From assembly GCA_037379345.1 (NCBI GenBank), contig CM074521.1, positions 17,570,704-17,634,703 on the forward strand: a stretch of 64,000 nt of DNA. The letters run 5' to 3'. The first letter of the stretch is position 1. Every line of letters starts with the position of its first letter. Below are positions 51,562-64,000 of the stretch, piece after piece. The notes beneath the pieces were generated by a model. The model was not told where the DNA came from, ran no database searches, and worked only from the letters and a program-made list of their open reading frames with translations. Both the position numbers and the translations under genes were made by a program. The DNA is from Perna viridis. Its lineage: Eukaryota.

Positions 51562-54117
51562 CTGTAAGAAAAGAAAAATTAAATTAACTATAGACAAACA
51601 ATTCCCTATAGATTCTCTTGTTCAAAGATCAAAACTCTTGATGCTAGAAACATTTCACTACTTATATATGTTGCTTCATATAAAATATGTTCATGTTCTG
51701 TAAATTAAGAAAATTATTTCTGATCACACTCCTAATGAAGAAAATTTAAATCTAGCACAAAAAGATTTAAAGAAACATGTTTAAAGTTCATCTGTATATC
51801 ACAGATGAAATCTCATTTAAAAGTTAAGAAAGTCTCTATTTCAATGAAAGAAAGTCCTTTCTGTGTTCAGATCTGTATTTTTGTAAAAAACATGCATTTG
51901 TCTCCCACTTCAATCAACCAAACCAAGAACCATAACTCTTGCAAAGTGCTGGGTTTCATACAAAATCTACATATTTTATATCTCGAAAGTGTAACAACCA
52001 ATGACAAACTATGACAAATTTGTGGTTTGTAATTATTTCTGGCATAGAAATAAAAATGCATCAAGTTTTCTATTCCTGCCTGATTTTTATATAGAGTACC
52101 ACTCAATCACCTATTTATTACTTCTGATGATAAATTTTCGCTATCATTCATAATTCATAAAAAAAAAATAAGGACATCCTAACACCCAAAATGTCTGATG
52201 TAGAATATAAAGACATCTGAGTGGATATTCATTTTATTCTTGACAATATATGTTCAAACACAGTTCTTTACTTTGTCAAGTGGGTATAAAATGCTTAAAA
52301 TCTCTACAAAATAATAATTAGACTGTCTCTATAATCTGACAATGTCATAGTCTTTGATGTCTAATTCTCTTTCTCATGCTCCAAATCTCCTTAATTCTCT
52401 ACTCCATCTCAGTGTCAGATCAGCTTATGTCATAATGGATTTCACCGGAAATGTTTTTTAATTGTTTTTAATGCATAAAATGCAATATGCAAAAAAATGA
52501 GATGTACGGTAATCTCTTAGTTCGAATCTAACAGCAATTTCATCCAATCATAACACATAAATCCATTCAATTACGTTGTCATTCAAGTCACAAGAGAAAT
52601 CAGGCTTTGTTTTGTAACTAATCAGGGATGAAATCAGATCCATTAAGTAAATCTGAAGATCTAATTTCAAACAAATTTAATTAACTTTGTATTCTCAAAT
52701 AAACGAAACTAACGACAAAATAATCTTTTTGTGATTAATGATAGCATTATAAATCATTGTAGAATGAACAAAAAACCTTTTAGTTCAAACGAAACAAAAA
52801 AAGTTACTGCACTGCCCTATAATAACAAGGGTTGTTCTAGTGTATTAAATGATCACTCAACGTGGAACTGATATTTCATTTGACCATAACTGTCAAAGAA
52901 AAGCCTGTTAATAACAAAAAATCATCCGGATCTGTAATTATCCTTGCTAATATCAAGAGTAATCAAGTTATTATTAAAAATCTGATGGCACTAAAATTGT
53001 ACCATTTTCTTTCCGCTCAAGTGCATAAAAAGCCGTAAATTTGATGAAAAACGATCTTCTTGTGACCTCCTATTACAGAACCAGGTTATTTATCGGAGTT
53101 TTACAAACTTTAGTTATGGATGAGACCGAGAAACTGTCAGTTTTTTCAATTCTCTGGAGACTTCTCTGATTGATGACAGGAAATCGACACAATACTTGTG
53201 GTATCGTTTTACCAGTTGTTTGGCTTTTTTATGACATTTCTGATTTCCTAAGGTAACAATCATTATCCTTATATTGGCAATCTAGCTTCCAAACCGTCCA
53301 AATTTCCATTAAACCCAACATATTATCTAACTTTAATAAAAACGCAACTCTAACATTTATCCTCTATGATGACATATGGATAAGATCGCTAACCCTTTTT
53401 TCATCATTAATATCTAATAACTTAATGAGTCAGCTCAACATAACAATTCAATAAAGCAGAAGTCAAGGCCAATAACTGCAAGTTCTATCTCCGTCCTTGA
53501 TTCATAAAAGTTTGTAGAAACTGATAACTTTTCCAATCAAAAGTGTAAGGACTAAGAACGCTTTGGGGTCAAATTGGTGCATTAAATATGGGATAAGTAC
53601 ATTTTTGGGTGGCAATGATGCAATGAAAATGAGCAAATGATTACCACTTTTGCCAGTGTCACCAACAGCAACAGCAGGTCTAGCAGTCCCTCACCTCTGT
53701 CTGTCACACTTAGGGGTTATGTACATAGTGTAATTTTCATATTTATTGGGCTTAGATGCAACTTCAATGTTTTTCATACTCATAAAACAATCAACAATCA
53801 TTAAGATACTACAGCTTCCTGTCATTTTCCAAATTTTGATTGATTTAGAATTGATGTAAATTTGGAAAAAATTGGGCTAAATTGCTCATTAAACATACCA
53901 CACTCTTTTAATCAATAAAAGATAATGCAACTCTAAGTAATAAACCCACCCATTTTTTATAAATAGAATGGGTGGATTCAGGTACAAAATTTTATAGGTC
54001 ATACGCAAAAGCATGTATATTATTGCTTGCCAAGGGTGTATGAAGTAAAAAACTTGGATCTACAAAATGGAATCATATGTCAGAATCTTATGAATCTTGA
54101 AAATATTTTTTTTATGT

Positions 54118-54292
54118 CAGAGTGGCAAATCCTGGGGGTGCAGGGGGTTGGCATCACTTCTTTTAATTAAAAAATATGTCATTTTCATGTGTAAAATTAA
54201 CAAAAAATGGTAAATAATGTCATTGCAGCCCCATTTTTCTGAGGAACCCTGGCTGGCACCCTTGCTTTTTAAAGTGTCTGCATCCACCCCTG
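54118..54292. mobile_element. Decayed hAT-like MITE (CAG...CTG ends)
   Basis: cagagtggcaaatcctggggg...tgcatccacccctg. Similar ends at about 24604-24791, 32522 and 50162. Confidence 0.5.
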
Positions 54293-54481
54293 TGTAAGAC
54301 AACATGCAGAATTGCTTTTTCTGAAGAATTGCAGTTAAACAAAAGAAGTAAAGTAAAAACTGTCTTAACATGACCTCGTTCGAACTTTAAAATTCGTTTG
54401 GATGTTTTCTGTAATGATAGAGATACCACTTAGAGAAGATGCTTCATGGCTTGTCTTAAAGAACAAAATTTGATTTGGATG

Positions 54482-54897
54482 TGTGGCAGGACAGCTTACC
54501 TGCATTGTAGTAGGTAGTGAGATTTAAATAGCAAGTTAATTGACTTGGCTAAAGGATTAATTCTTTAGCCAAATCGGTTTGTCGCTGGCTTGTCACAGAG
54601 CAGTGTAGAGTTCGGTCCTCGGTGTCCAACTAAAAAACCCAAGGGGTTTGGATAGCTAATGAGCTAGTGTTAGAGTCGTTCGTGGTACAAAGACTCTTAA
54701 GGTGTGGGAAATGTGGCAGGATGGCCTACCTGCATTGTAGTAGGTAGTGAGATTTAAATAGCCAGTCAAGTGACTTGGCTAAAGGATTAATTCTTTAGCC
54801 AATTCGGTTTGTCGCTGGCTTGTCACAGAGCGGTGTAGAGTTCGGTCCTCGGTGTCGGAGTATAATTTTGTGAGTCAAATCATGCTCTCTCGTTACA
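54482..54897 (+). mobile_element. Collapsed LTR retrotransposon (truncated 5' LTR, PPT remnant, full 3' LTR)
   Basis: TG...CA termini and 4-bp TSD GATG (54478-54481, 54898-54901). 145-bp direct repeats at 54482-54626 and 54712-54856, with purine-rich aaggtgtgggaaa just before the second LTR. Confidence 0.85.
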
Positions 54898-55129
54898 GAT
54901 GGAAATAGGTAAAAGATTATACCCAGTTCCTTTGAAGGAAGGGTAGAACTAAGAAAATTGTCTCTATTCTTAGTTGCCTCAAGAACACAGGTAACTCTAT
55001 AAAAAGGTGTGTTCAACAGTTTAAATGGTTTAGTACACAGGTAATAAAAATCTGAAGTCCCTTAAGCAGTTTGATTGGTTCATGAGCACAGGTAACATTA
55101 CATTTGATGCTTGATATCAGGATACTTAC

Positions 55130-55194
55130 AATTCTCTGTAATTGTTTTGTATTCTAGAAGCTTCTATTGATATTTTCTGTCTCTCTTTGGCAGC
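55130..55194 (-). CDS. CFAP69: CFAP69 exon
   Basis: 65 nt, phase 0 to 2, GTaagt donor: AAKERQKISIEASRIQNNYRE(L) (cf. QEKAIEASR). Confidence 0.9.
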
Positions 55195-56415
55195 CTACAA
55201 AAAAGTAAAGAATAGACATAGATTTCAGTACAGTGATAGTCATTTAATTGTTGGATTCACATTCATGATACAATCGGAACCCCTCGGCCTTTCTTAAGTT
55301 TCACAAAAGAAAAACCTCAAAGGCACTAGGCAGAAGAATCTGTACAGAATTTGACTAATCAATTTCTGAAATTATACTTTTACAGGTTGAAATTTTTACC
55401 ACTACTTTTTTTCCTAGCTCCAAACTTTGTGCCAAAATTCTTGACAGAGTTATTGTTATTTCTAGTGATATTTAACCAAATTTTTAGCTCCATCTGGTGG
55501 ATAGAACTAATTTAAGTCATGTACGACTACAATTCTGACAATTTTTTAAGAAGAAATTCTCCTTTCTGCATCCAAGGTTATTTTTTAGAATAGCGGAACT
55601 GACCGATTCATGATAATTTTTCTACATTTATATTTTATATTTTATCAATTACTAAAATAGAATCCACAAAATACACAGGTAGGACTGTTTTGACAATTAA
55701 AATTATCTGACTTCTGAGGTTTCATCAATGAAATCAGACAAAATTTAATAACTGCATACCAAGAGATCAAAGTCCAACTAAACAGAAAATGTCACCTGTG
55801 TCCGATTTTTCAGTCTAAGTTCCATGACTCAATCATTAACAAAAATTGGAAAACATTGAAAAATTAAAGGAAGCTTCTATACATGAAGACAAACAAATGT
55901 ACCAAAAAATCACTGTTCTAAGTAACACACACATCTACACAGTATATAACTAGATAATCTAAATTCAAATTCAAGTATTGAGTCTATAATTAGCCCCCCA
56001 AAAATTTTAAGCAAATTGCATTAAATTGACAAGATGTTTTTATCATGGGTCAGATATCTTAAAAAAAAAAAAGACGAATCCAACACAAATCACCCTGAAT
56101 ACCGGTAGATGCAATTACACTAAAACAGTGTTATTTACTGCAGCAAATTTAATTTTAATTAAGCCACAGTAAATCTTTTTATATTGAATAACTGACAAGG
56201 CTTCCAAGGCCAGTTTGATTGTCCTTCAGTACTTGGTATTATACTCCTCTGATAACTTGTTTCCACTTCTTGACAACAAATTTTGATGGAAGTTTTGATA
56301 CATCATGGCCATAAACGTCCAGATAATGTTGATGTAGTTAATAAGTTTTATTACAGGAGAGATAACCATTATAGCAAACATAGTTCATTTTCCACAAAAA
56401 AATCATTATCTTTAA

Positions 56416-56809
56416 GTGTAAGTGCCTATAAGAATCAGGCAATATGGGAAAATTTTGAAACATGCATGTCAAAAACCCACCAATCTGACGATGTAATATT
56501 ACTTACAGATACTGTCTCTATTTGAAAATAACACTGTTTAATCTCTACATCACTGGCTTTGCTCAGAAAATTTTCAATAGAATCTTAGAAAAGTGAGGTT
56601 TTTGACAGCATTATCTGCCCTTGAAATGTTAAAATGTTCATTTTCATTGCATTTCTATGAAATTGTAACTCAAACATCCAGCATGATATGAAAAATCTTG
56701 TCTGTTTTCCTTGATTCTGATGGTGCAAATAGTCAAATTACTCTTACAAATAGATGGGGTTTTTAAACCACAGTTTCACCTGCTGCCTGATTCTTACAGG
56801 GATTGACAC
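56416..56809 (+). mobile_element. TTAA-targeting MITE family B, copy 2
   Basis: TTAA|GTGTAAGTGCCTATAAGAATCAGGCA...TGCCTGATTCTTACAGGGATTGACAC|TTAA. Confidence 0.75.
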
Positions 56810-58208
56810 TTAAGTGTTAACTATTAGTTCTAAACTATATAAAAAAATCTAGGGCACATTATAGAAGGAAATTGAATGGATTTTATTTTCTTGGCCAAAA
56901 TAATCTCATAATAAATGAATATTTATTGCTCCTTGTCAATTTCCTTTTGATTTTATCAAAGATCTATAGCTCAAGGTCAGAACTAAAATGTCTGACTGTC
57001 AGTTATGATGACAATTCAAATGTATCAAAATATTTAAAGGATGATAATAAATTATGTCAGAGTCACTGCTGAAATCAGAATTGCATTGTCATGATATGTC
57101 ATACTTGTGTGATATTGAATCATTTTTATTTTCTATAGAGATTTTTTTTTTTAATTAATATTCACCTGGCATGTGTTATCATAAATACTTTAAAAAGTAA
57201 AGAAAAATAATAATAATTTGCAAAAATGTCAACTGACTTTTTAAAAAAATGTCCTCACCTATTCAGCTCTGGCCAGTAAGACACAAACTTAAACATATAA
57301 CAGTTAAACACAATTTGTTCAATAAAAATTGCTCTTTTTCAAAAAAAATTGATAAGCTTAAATTTCATGGAAATCACAAGACGGGTTTGACACGAGAAAA
57401 AGTTAAAAAGTCTGCAGTACAAGCACAACAGAACTAAGTATCAATGTACTCTAATTCAAACTTCCTGCAGACTAGATATTATGACACGCTTCTTAAGATG
57501 GCTAATTGTTTCTTTGTTGGTGGTCTATAGGTTATGACAACTTGATGTCACTTTTTCATAGTCGCAGAAATATCATACCTAAATGAAATGGCTATGAAAT
57601 CTTAGGAATTTTTAGGTTAAGAGATAATTATATAAAGAAATGACAGTAATATTAGCACACAAAAATTACAGTCAGACATTGGAATTCTGGTGGGTGAAAT
57701 CCTGGAGGTTACACCTGTATGTTTAACTATTATGATACAAAACTTGTAGACAATGTCAAGTTAGCACTATGATAGACTTTGGCAGTTGTGACAGATCTTT
57801 GAGGGAAACCCTTGATACTGATTGTAGTGTTCATGTGGGTTTGGAAAAGGTAGGGTTATCCAGGTCAAAACACTTAACTTCAGCACGTTTTTGAGGATAC
57901 ATTTTGTAGGTGTTAATATCTAATTACGGAAAATTGACAGAAAAGGACAGAGGCATAAACCCAACAAATTGTTTCTAGCAATAAAAACTTGTCCTTTTTG
58001 TGGTTCCCTCTTGTTATAATGTATGGTCAGCTTTCATTATTTATGAATGACATTGCCTCATTGGCTAAATTCCCCATCCTAGCTCTATTTCACTACATCT
58101 AATAGATAGAAAAGACTATTATGCCACATTTGAAATGGGCTTTGGTCTCATTGGCTTCCTACCCCCCCCCCCCCAACCCCCCGCCCATTTCACTTAGTTG
58201 TTGCCTTC

Positions 58209-58410
58209 TACTGTGACGGTACTTTAATTGGTGGATACCAACTTTTGTGGATTAGGGAAGAAGCACAAATTCTTGAGTTAGTGGTTTTGAGGTTTTCAGT
58301 ACAAAGATCAAATGGAATTTCATTTTCATTGGGAACCGATTTTCGTGGTTTGGCCTACTCAACAAAAGCATGAAAATTGGTACTCCACGAACAATAGTAC
58401 TTTCATAGTA
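58209..58410. mobile_element. TACTGT...ACAGTA MITE family copy
   Basis: Reverse-complement homologue of 38549-38756. Confidence 0.7.
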
Positions 58411-58755
58411 CTTAAAAATGATAGTTTAAAACTTATACTGGTAACTGGCAAGTCTATTCAAAAACAGGTCTCAAATTATGAGACAGGTTAATTCTGCATT
58501 TAAAATCAAATGTCTAAACAGTACTTAAACAAACCTAATGGACAGAGATTAAAATCAGTCATGGGGAAATTGATTTTTCGCCAGACCGAATGACAATTTC
58601 AGACTTTTTTCCTGATATGTTCAACTAAAAAATCTAAAAATTTTCTGCTGGACCAAAGGAAAAAAACACCAGACATCGCCTTCAGTCTGACCAATTTCGA
58701 CATGACTGTAAAATAAGGACAAGTCAACCCAATATTCAAAGATAGCAGAATATAC

Positions 58756-58842
58756 CTTTAATAACTGGAAGTTTGATGTTCTAGCCACAAACTCTGTCCA
58801 ATCACTCAGTTGTTTTTCCTTCTGTCTGTAGTTTTCACGGAT
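58756..58842 (-). CDS. CFAP69: CFAP69 exon
   Basis: 87 nt, phase 0/0: IRENYRQKEKQLSDWTEFVARTSNFQLLK (cf. WEDFLARTSN). Confidence 0.92.
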
Positions 58843-59554
58843 CTGTAAAAAAAATCAAAAATCAATACAATTTGCATAACCAATTGAGGCTGTTCCAGAA
58901 AATAATATCTTACTCCCATCATGTCACTTACACCCCACAACCATCCACCATAATTTATAAATAATTTAAAAATTTACATCAGCTACATAAAAACTTTGTG
59001 TTTTCACCCCCACTTCTGGAATAGCCTCTACAAAGCATATGAAAACAATACATGACAAAATCAAAATAGGTGTAGAATAAAATTATGGTTGACTGCAAGC
59101 AAAAAAGAAAAACAAACAATTCTTCTTTGCACTGGGTTCAACAATATCTCTTCAACTAGTTTAAATTTTACTTGTTTTTTTCTTGTTTCACTTTATTTTT
59201 TTTTGAAAGTTTGTTATGGTATGAAATTACAAGTTCTATACATTTCTGATCTTTTGACTTTTTTGTGTATTTTGCAGTTTTAAATTTCTCAAACAAAACA
59301 ATTCTGATGTTTATGAAGCAGACAATAAAATATATGTTGAAAAGAACTCATAGTTTAATCATGACACAAGCACCTCTATAACAATGAATAGCTTACAATG
59401 GTGTAAATTGTATACTGCTAACCATCTTCACTGACACTTTCAAGATTTGAGAATATTCTACGCATGTAACAATGACTGACTATTGTGAATAAAAAAGAGG
59501 TGAGTGTTAGTGACTGTATCAATACTCCAACTATTTGATATATTGATTAATCAG

Positions 59555-59598
<44 letters not shown>
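59555..59598. repeat. (TTGA)n microsatellite
   Basis: About 11 perfect units, possibly the tail of a minus-strand SINE remnant. Confidence 0.9.
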
Positions 59599-59599
<1 letters not shown>

Positions 59600-59738
59600 C
59601 ATCATGTGGTAAACATTTCATTGCCAGAATGATGAATAATCAACTCTGCTTTATACTCATAAGTCCATAGATATAAGGGAATTGTTTTTTTATCCTCCAT
59701 GCAAAAATAGCAATACTGTTTTCAGTTCTAATTCCTAC

Positions 59739-59936
59739 CTCTGCATAGAATTCCTGCTCATCCAATACATCCTGGTTCTGTTGTGCCTCAAGTAACTCTA
59801 TCTGTGTGCCACAGACAATCTGAGCTCTCTCCTCTATACCCCTAGTGATAGCCTCTATAGCCTCCATGTCAGGAGTCACAGGTCGGACACCTTCACTCTG
59901 TAGCTCTGATACTATCTCTGTCCATACCTCACCAAC
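59739..59936 (-). CDS. CFAP69: CFAP69 exon
   Basis: 198 nt, phase 0/0: VGEVWTEIVSELQSEGVRPVTPDMEAIEAI...EQEFYAE. Overlaps ORF 59640..59879. Confidence 0.92.
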
Positions 59937-60418
59937 CTACATAAGACAAATTAGTTAAGTTGAATAGTTTTGAATAAACTGTGATGAATAGAAAAATACC
60001 CCAAGAGAAATACTCTAAAAATTCTTAATGTAGACAGAAAGGAAAACCCCTGGTCATACTGTGAGCAAATCAACTGACCTTAAATAAGTGCAACAATGCA
60101 TCTCATACAACCATGCTTAACATATTAATATGACAAATTAACAAACTAGTAGATACATCAATGATGAATTTCCTGATAAGGATTTCTGTCTTTACAGATC
60201 TGTATATGTTTTTTTAGGGGGGGGGCACTTTTTGTCTACTGCTAATTGCACAAAAATAGTATAGTAGATGAGCATGTGTGACATATTCTCTTGTGAGGTT
60301 GGGCTTGAGGTAGAACAAAAGAATTTTCTTTGCATGCTCATTGTCTATCCAGCAGTTAACACGAAAAAGTCAATTAACATGACAGTGCACATCTAGGTAA
60401 GTATTGTTAATTATCTAC

Positions 60419-60495
60419 CTTGAGGTCCATGAACTTTTCAATGACAACCAAGGTCACATGGTCTTCTACTGTAAGACCGGGTAAATCTGTGAAAC
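60419..60495 (-). CDS. CFAP69: CFAP69 exon
   Basis: 77 nt, phase 1 to 0: GFTDLPGLTVEDHVTLVVIEKFMDLK (cf. FENLPGLSAEDFVTL). Confidence 0.92.
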
Positions 60496-61191
60496 CTGAA
60501 AAAATATACATGTAAATCAAAGAACAATAATGAATGGAAAAGAGAACTGCATATCCTTAAAATTCAGCAATAAAAATATGTATTATGAAAAATGGAAGAA
60601 TCTTATCAAAATTAAATGAACTATATTGATTCTTAAAAATAAACTAAAACACCTCCTAAGAATAGAAAAAAAAAGAAAAATGTCACTTTCTCTTAACCAA
60701 AATAAAAAGAATAATAACTTCATAATCATAGTCAATATTGATAGAAGTCCTTTCTATGTTAACTCCATCTAAAGAACTCAAAACATTAAAACGGGTCTAT
60801 GATAAAGTCATTTCCGTTCCCTAGCAGCAATAGGGTCTGTAAGTCTCATTCTAGTTTCATTTTCCTTACCAGAATTTCTGATATAGAACGTATTGAAATC
60901 CAAAGTTCTGGCTGCATTTTATTGTTTATTTCCAGGATCTAGAAACGCTGTATTACAATGCAAAATCTTCTATTTTATGCTTTCCTTAACACTTTTATCA
61001 TATGTAAATAGATATTTGTCATTTTTATAGATATTTTTACACGAAAATATGTTTTGCTTTTATATACTGAATCCAACGCTTTGAAAATGACAAATCTCTA
61101 CGCATTTGAATGGCAGACTAGGAACCATTCTCATAAAACCAGTGAGTCATATGACGAGACTTACAAACCCTATAACAAGAACAAAACGTAC

Positions 61192-61522
61192 CAATTTTAC
61201 AGAATATTGAGTACAGCTTAGCCCTCATGTTTTCTGACACATCTACAATAGACTGACTGGGGATTGTGGCTGGTAAGGGTACGATCCCTTGTTGTTCCTG
61301 CAGCATACCCATCAACGGCTTGGTAATGTTTTTAATGGAGCCGTCACTGGCTCTTTGCACACCCATATCTTTTTCCTCATTTCTCCAGATATCACAGAAG
61401 AGATGGGCTGCAGTAATATTTCCTTTCCCGCGCCATGACAGGACATGATGCTGGGTTTTAGGGTTCTCACACAGATCCAACAGACAGCCAAGGATAATGT
61501 TATGCATGGTCTTCGGACATAC
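61192..61522 (-). CDS. CFAP69: Cilia- and flagella-associated protein 69, first visible exon
   Basis: AG/GT boundaries, 331 nt. VCPKTMHNIILGCLLDLCENPKT...WRGK...WRNEEKDMGV...SENMRAKLYSIFCKI matches recalled CFAP69 (CDNPKTAAHVNAWQGKK...WRKEEKELGV...SENIRAKIY). Confidence 0.93.
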
Positions 61523-61920
61523 CTGTAATTTAAAGATGTTAAATCAAATTTTAATTTTTTGGGTTTTGCTTGTGCATCTAAATAGCTTATTTAGATTTGT
61601 TTTGATTTTTTTACAATGTTATACACAAGGAAGAGAATCATTACCATCTGACTCATATACTGAACTGAAAATGCTTCTGGTAGTTTTGATGGCATTGTCA
61701 TTCTTCAATATGTTTAGACCCAGGTTTCTGAAACTCAAGCATTCTTTAAGTGGATATCTCATTTTGTACATATGGTATATGTTAATGTACTTCATGGAGA
61801 GAATTGGTTGTATTATTGAGTGAATTTCATGGTGTGTTTGCCTGTTGTTTCAGTTCATTTTTTGACCTTATAACAAAGGCAAATGGTTAAAGCCTTATAA
61901 AACTAGTTTAACCACACCGC

Positions 61921-62304
61921 AGATTCCATGTGTCTGTCCAAAGTCAAGAGATGTAGGTCATTAATGTGTCTTCACAGGTTCCATGTGTCTGCCCAAAGTC
62001 AAGAGGTGTAGGTCATATTAATGTGTCTTCACAGATTCCATGTGTCTGTCCAAAGTCAAGAGGTGTAGGTCATTAATGTGTCTTCACAGATTCCATGTGT
62101 CTGTCCAAAGTCAAGAGGTGTAGGTCATTAATGTGTCTTCACAGATTCCATGTGTCTGTCCAAAGTCAAGAGGTGTAGGTCATTAATGTGTCTTCACAGA
62201 TTCCAGGTGTCAGTCCAAAGACAAGAGATGTAGGTCATTAATGTGTCTTCACAGATTCCAGGTGTCAGTCCAAAGACAAGAGATGTAGGTCATTAATGTG
62301 TCTT
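61921..62304. repeat. 55-bp minisatellite x7
   Basis: Unit agattccatgtgtctgtccaaagtcaagag(a/g)tgtaggtcattaatgtgtcttcac. Unit 2 has a 2-bp insertion and the last unit is partial. Confidence 0.95.
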
Positions 62305-62697
62305 TGTGTTGTTATATGATATATCTATTTATTTTGATTGTTGTTCTGTTACTGTGGATTTTAATACTTTTGTTGTCAGGGCATTTCAGGGCTAACTTAA
62401 AGGTGTGTTTACATTTGTGGAAAACCTATTGGTGATCTCTGAAAGTATTATCTATTTAGGATTTCGGTTATACACTGGTATATTTCTTTTTCCCTTTCTT
62501 TCCACTAATATAAACATTAAGAAATTCAAACAAAATGTAAAACAGTTTCTTACTCTTAATCACCAAGAATGAAAAAAATATGTTACCTAAAATTATATTT
62601 TTTAAAGATGCAACAGCAGATCAAAGACTTTAATTTGACCAATGAACTGACTGATCTAAGATTAAGTGTAATCACTTTAACAGATTTTTTTGTGTAT

Positions 62698-62876
62698 TAC
62701 CATGAAAGTACTTTAAGTCGTGGATTGGGGAAGAAACACAGTATCATGGATTCTTGAATCTTTCAGTATACACATCAATGGGACTCTACTATTCATTAGG
62801 AACCAAATTTCATGGTTTGACCCACCCAAGAAAACTACAAAAATCGATACCCCATGAACAATAGTACTTTCACAGT
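62698..62876. mobile_element. TACTGT...ACAGTA MITE family copy, internally deleted
   Basis: Aligns by eye with 58209-58410 (gtggatt.gggaagaa.cac...gaacaatagtactttca). Confidence 0.65.
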
Positions 62877-64000
62877 TTTATTTTTTTTTTGGTGATGTCT
62901 GGTTTTGTTTTGTTTGGCCTTTTTTGTTCATGTTTCATTTTTATGGAATATAAATAACAACATAATATTACCTCTAGTAAATCTATCAACAGAAAAACAC
63001 CCTCCAGTTCCATGAAATATTCCTCTGTTGTGTAACATCCTATTATAGAACACCTGCAAATACAGTTTTATAATCAGTATCATAGGCAAATTTATTTCAC
63101 ATGATTTTCGTATCAACTTTTCATTATTTTGACATGAATTGAGCCAATAGAATTTGTGACAAAGTTCACATGAAATTAATTATAACTGAATTTCACATGA
63201 AAATTATGTTAATTTCAAGTGACGTTCATATGAATTTCATGAGAACAATATTTGCACATCAAAGAGTTTCAACCAATGAGAAACTAAAAACTATCACAAT
63301 TTGTCCTAGTCTAAGGGGAGAGTATTTGTCAAGTTTGTACTTACAGCTCTAGTCATAACAATTAAATCTAATATTTGTTCTTCAGATCTTTTGTAATTTT
63401 CAATTGATAAGTAACATATAATAATGTTTTGGGTTTTTTTTGTATGCCAAGTATTGGCTCTGTTGAAATTTTATGATCATGTATAGATCATTTACAGATT
63501 ATATATAAGGTATTTGATAAATGAGAAAGCCAGTACTAAAGGAAGCAGTGGTTTTTTAAAATGCAAAAGTGAAATTTTTTAGCTTTTTAGGGAATTGATG
63601 TAAAAAGACATGACTTTAGTGAAGCATAAAATGGAAAATCCTATTGTGATGCTAAGATATCTCACATTAGGGGAAAGTTACGAAGATATGTGAAAAACGG
63701 CGGAAATATTGTATTATAATCAAACTCAACTATCAATTAAATTATTTTTTTCATTTTGTTATAAAGATTCATGAATTTACGATTCTCATTTCAAATGAAT
63801 ATCCTATTTTCAAACAACATTGGATGAATACCCCATGACATTTGTGATTTTGGGTAGCATGTTCTTCAGAAAAAAACATTCAGTTCATCAAAAGAGTGTT
63901 TGTAAGAGATTAATTCATATAAGAATGAGAAATATTGATACTGATTGCAATAGGAACTTTTAATAGACTTTTGTTTCCATTTGTACATGATGCTTTATTT

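Noticed and set aside
61921-62304. Regular repeats as a CRISPR array
   Set aside because: Head-to-tail units with no unique spacers, no cas genes, and a eukaryotic intron context.

Overview
AT-rich animal genomic DNA, not prokaryotic. The SINE and MITE repertoire suggests a bivalve mollusc, probably a mytilid mussel (inference). The window holds the 3' parts of two convergent spliced genes. On the + strand is a tastin/TROAP-like gene: 7 phase-consistent coding exons from 605 to 43274, about 916 aa visible, with 18.8 kb and 13 kb introns and its 5' end outside the window. On the - strand is CFAP69: 7-8 exons from 61522 down to about 49434, 5' end probably outside the window. Introns and the intergenic gap are packed with non-autonomous mobile elements: a Deu/Nin-domain SINE-like element with a structured non-tRNA head and 12-bp TSD, a tRNA/Meta SINE, TTAA- and TAA-targeting MITEs, a deleted MULE nested in a MITE, a collapsed 416-bp LTR element with 4-bp TSD, Helentron-like elements, palindromic elements and short tandem arrays. 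Most ORF-track entries are spurious. I found no clear multi-gene novel system. The best leads are the candidate structured-RNA SINE head, the motif-rich invertebrate tastin, a duplicated intronic G-U-rich hairpin and the miniature LTR element. Family assignments come from recalled sequence knowledge, not database searches.
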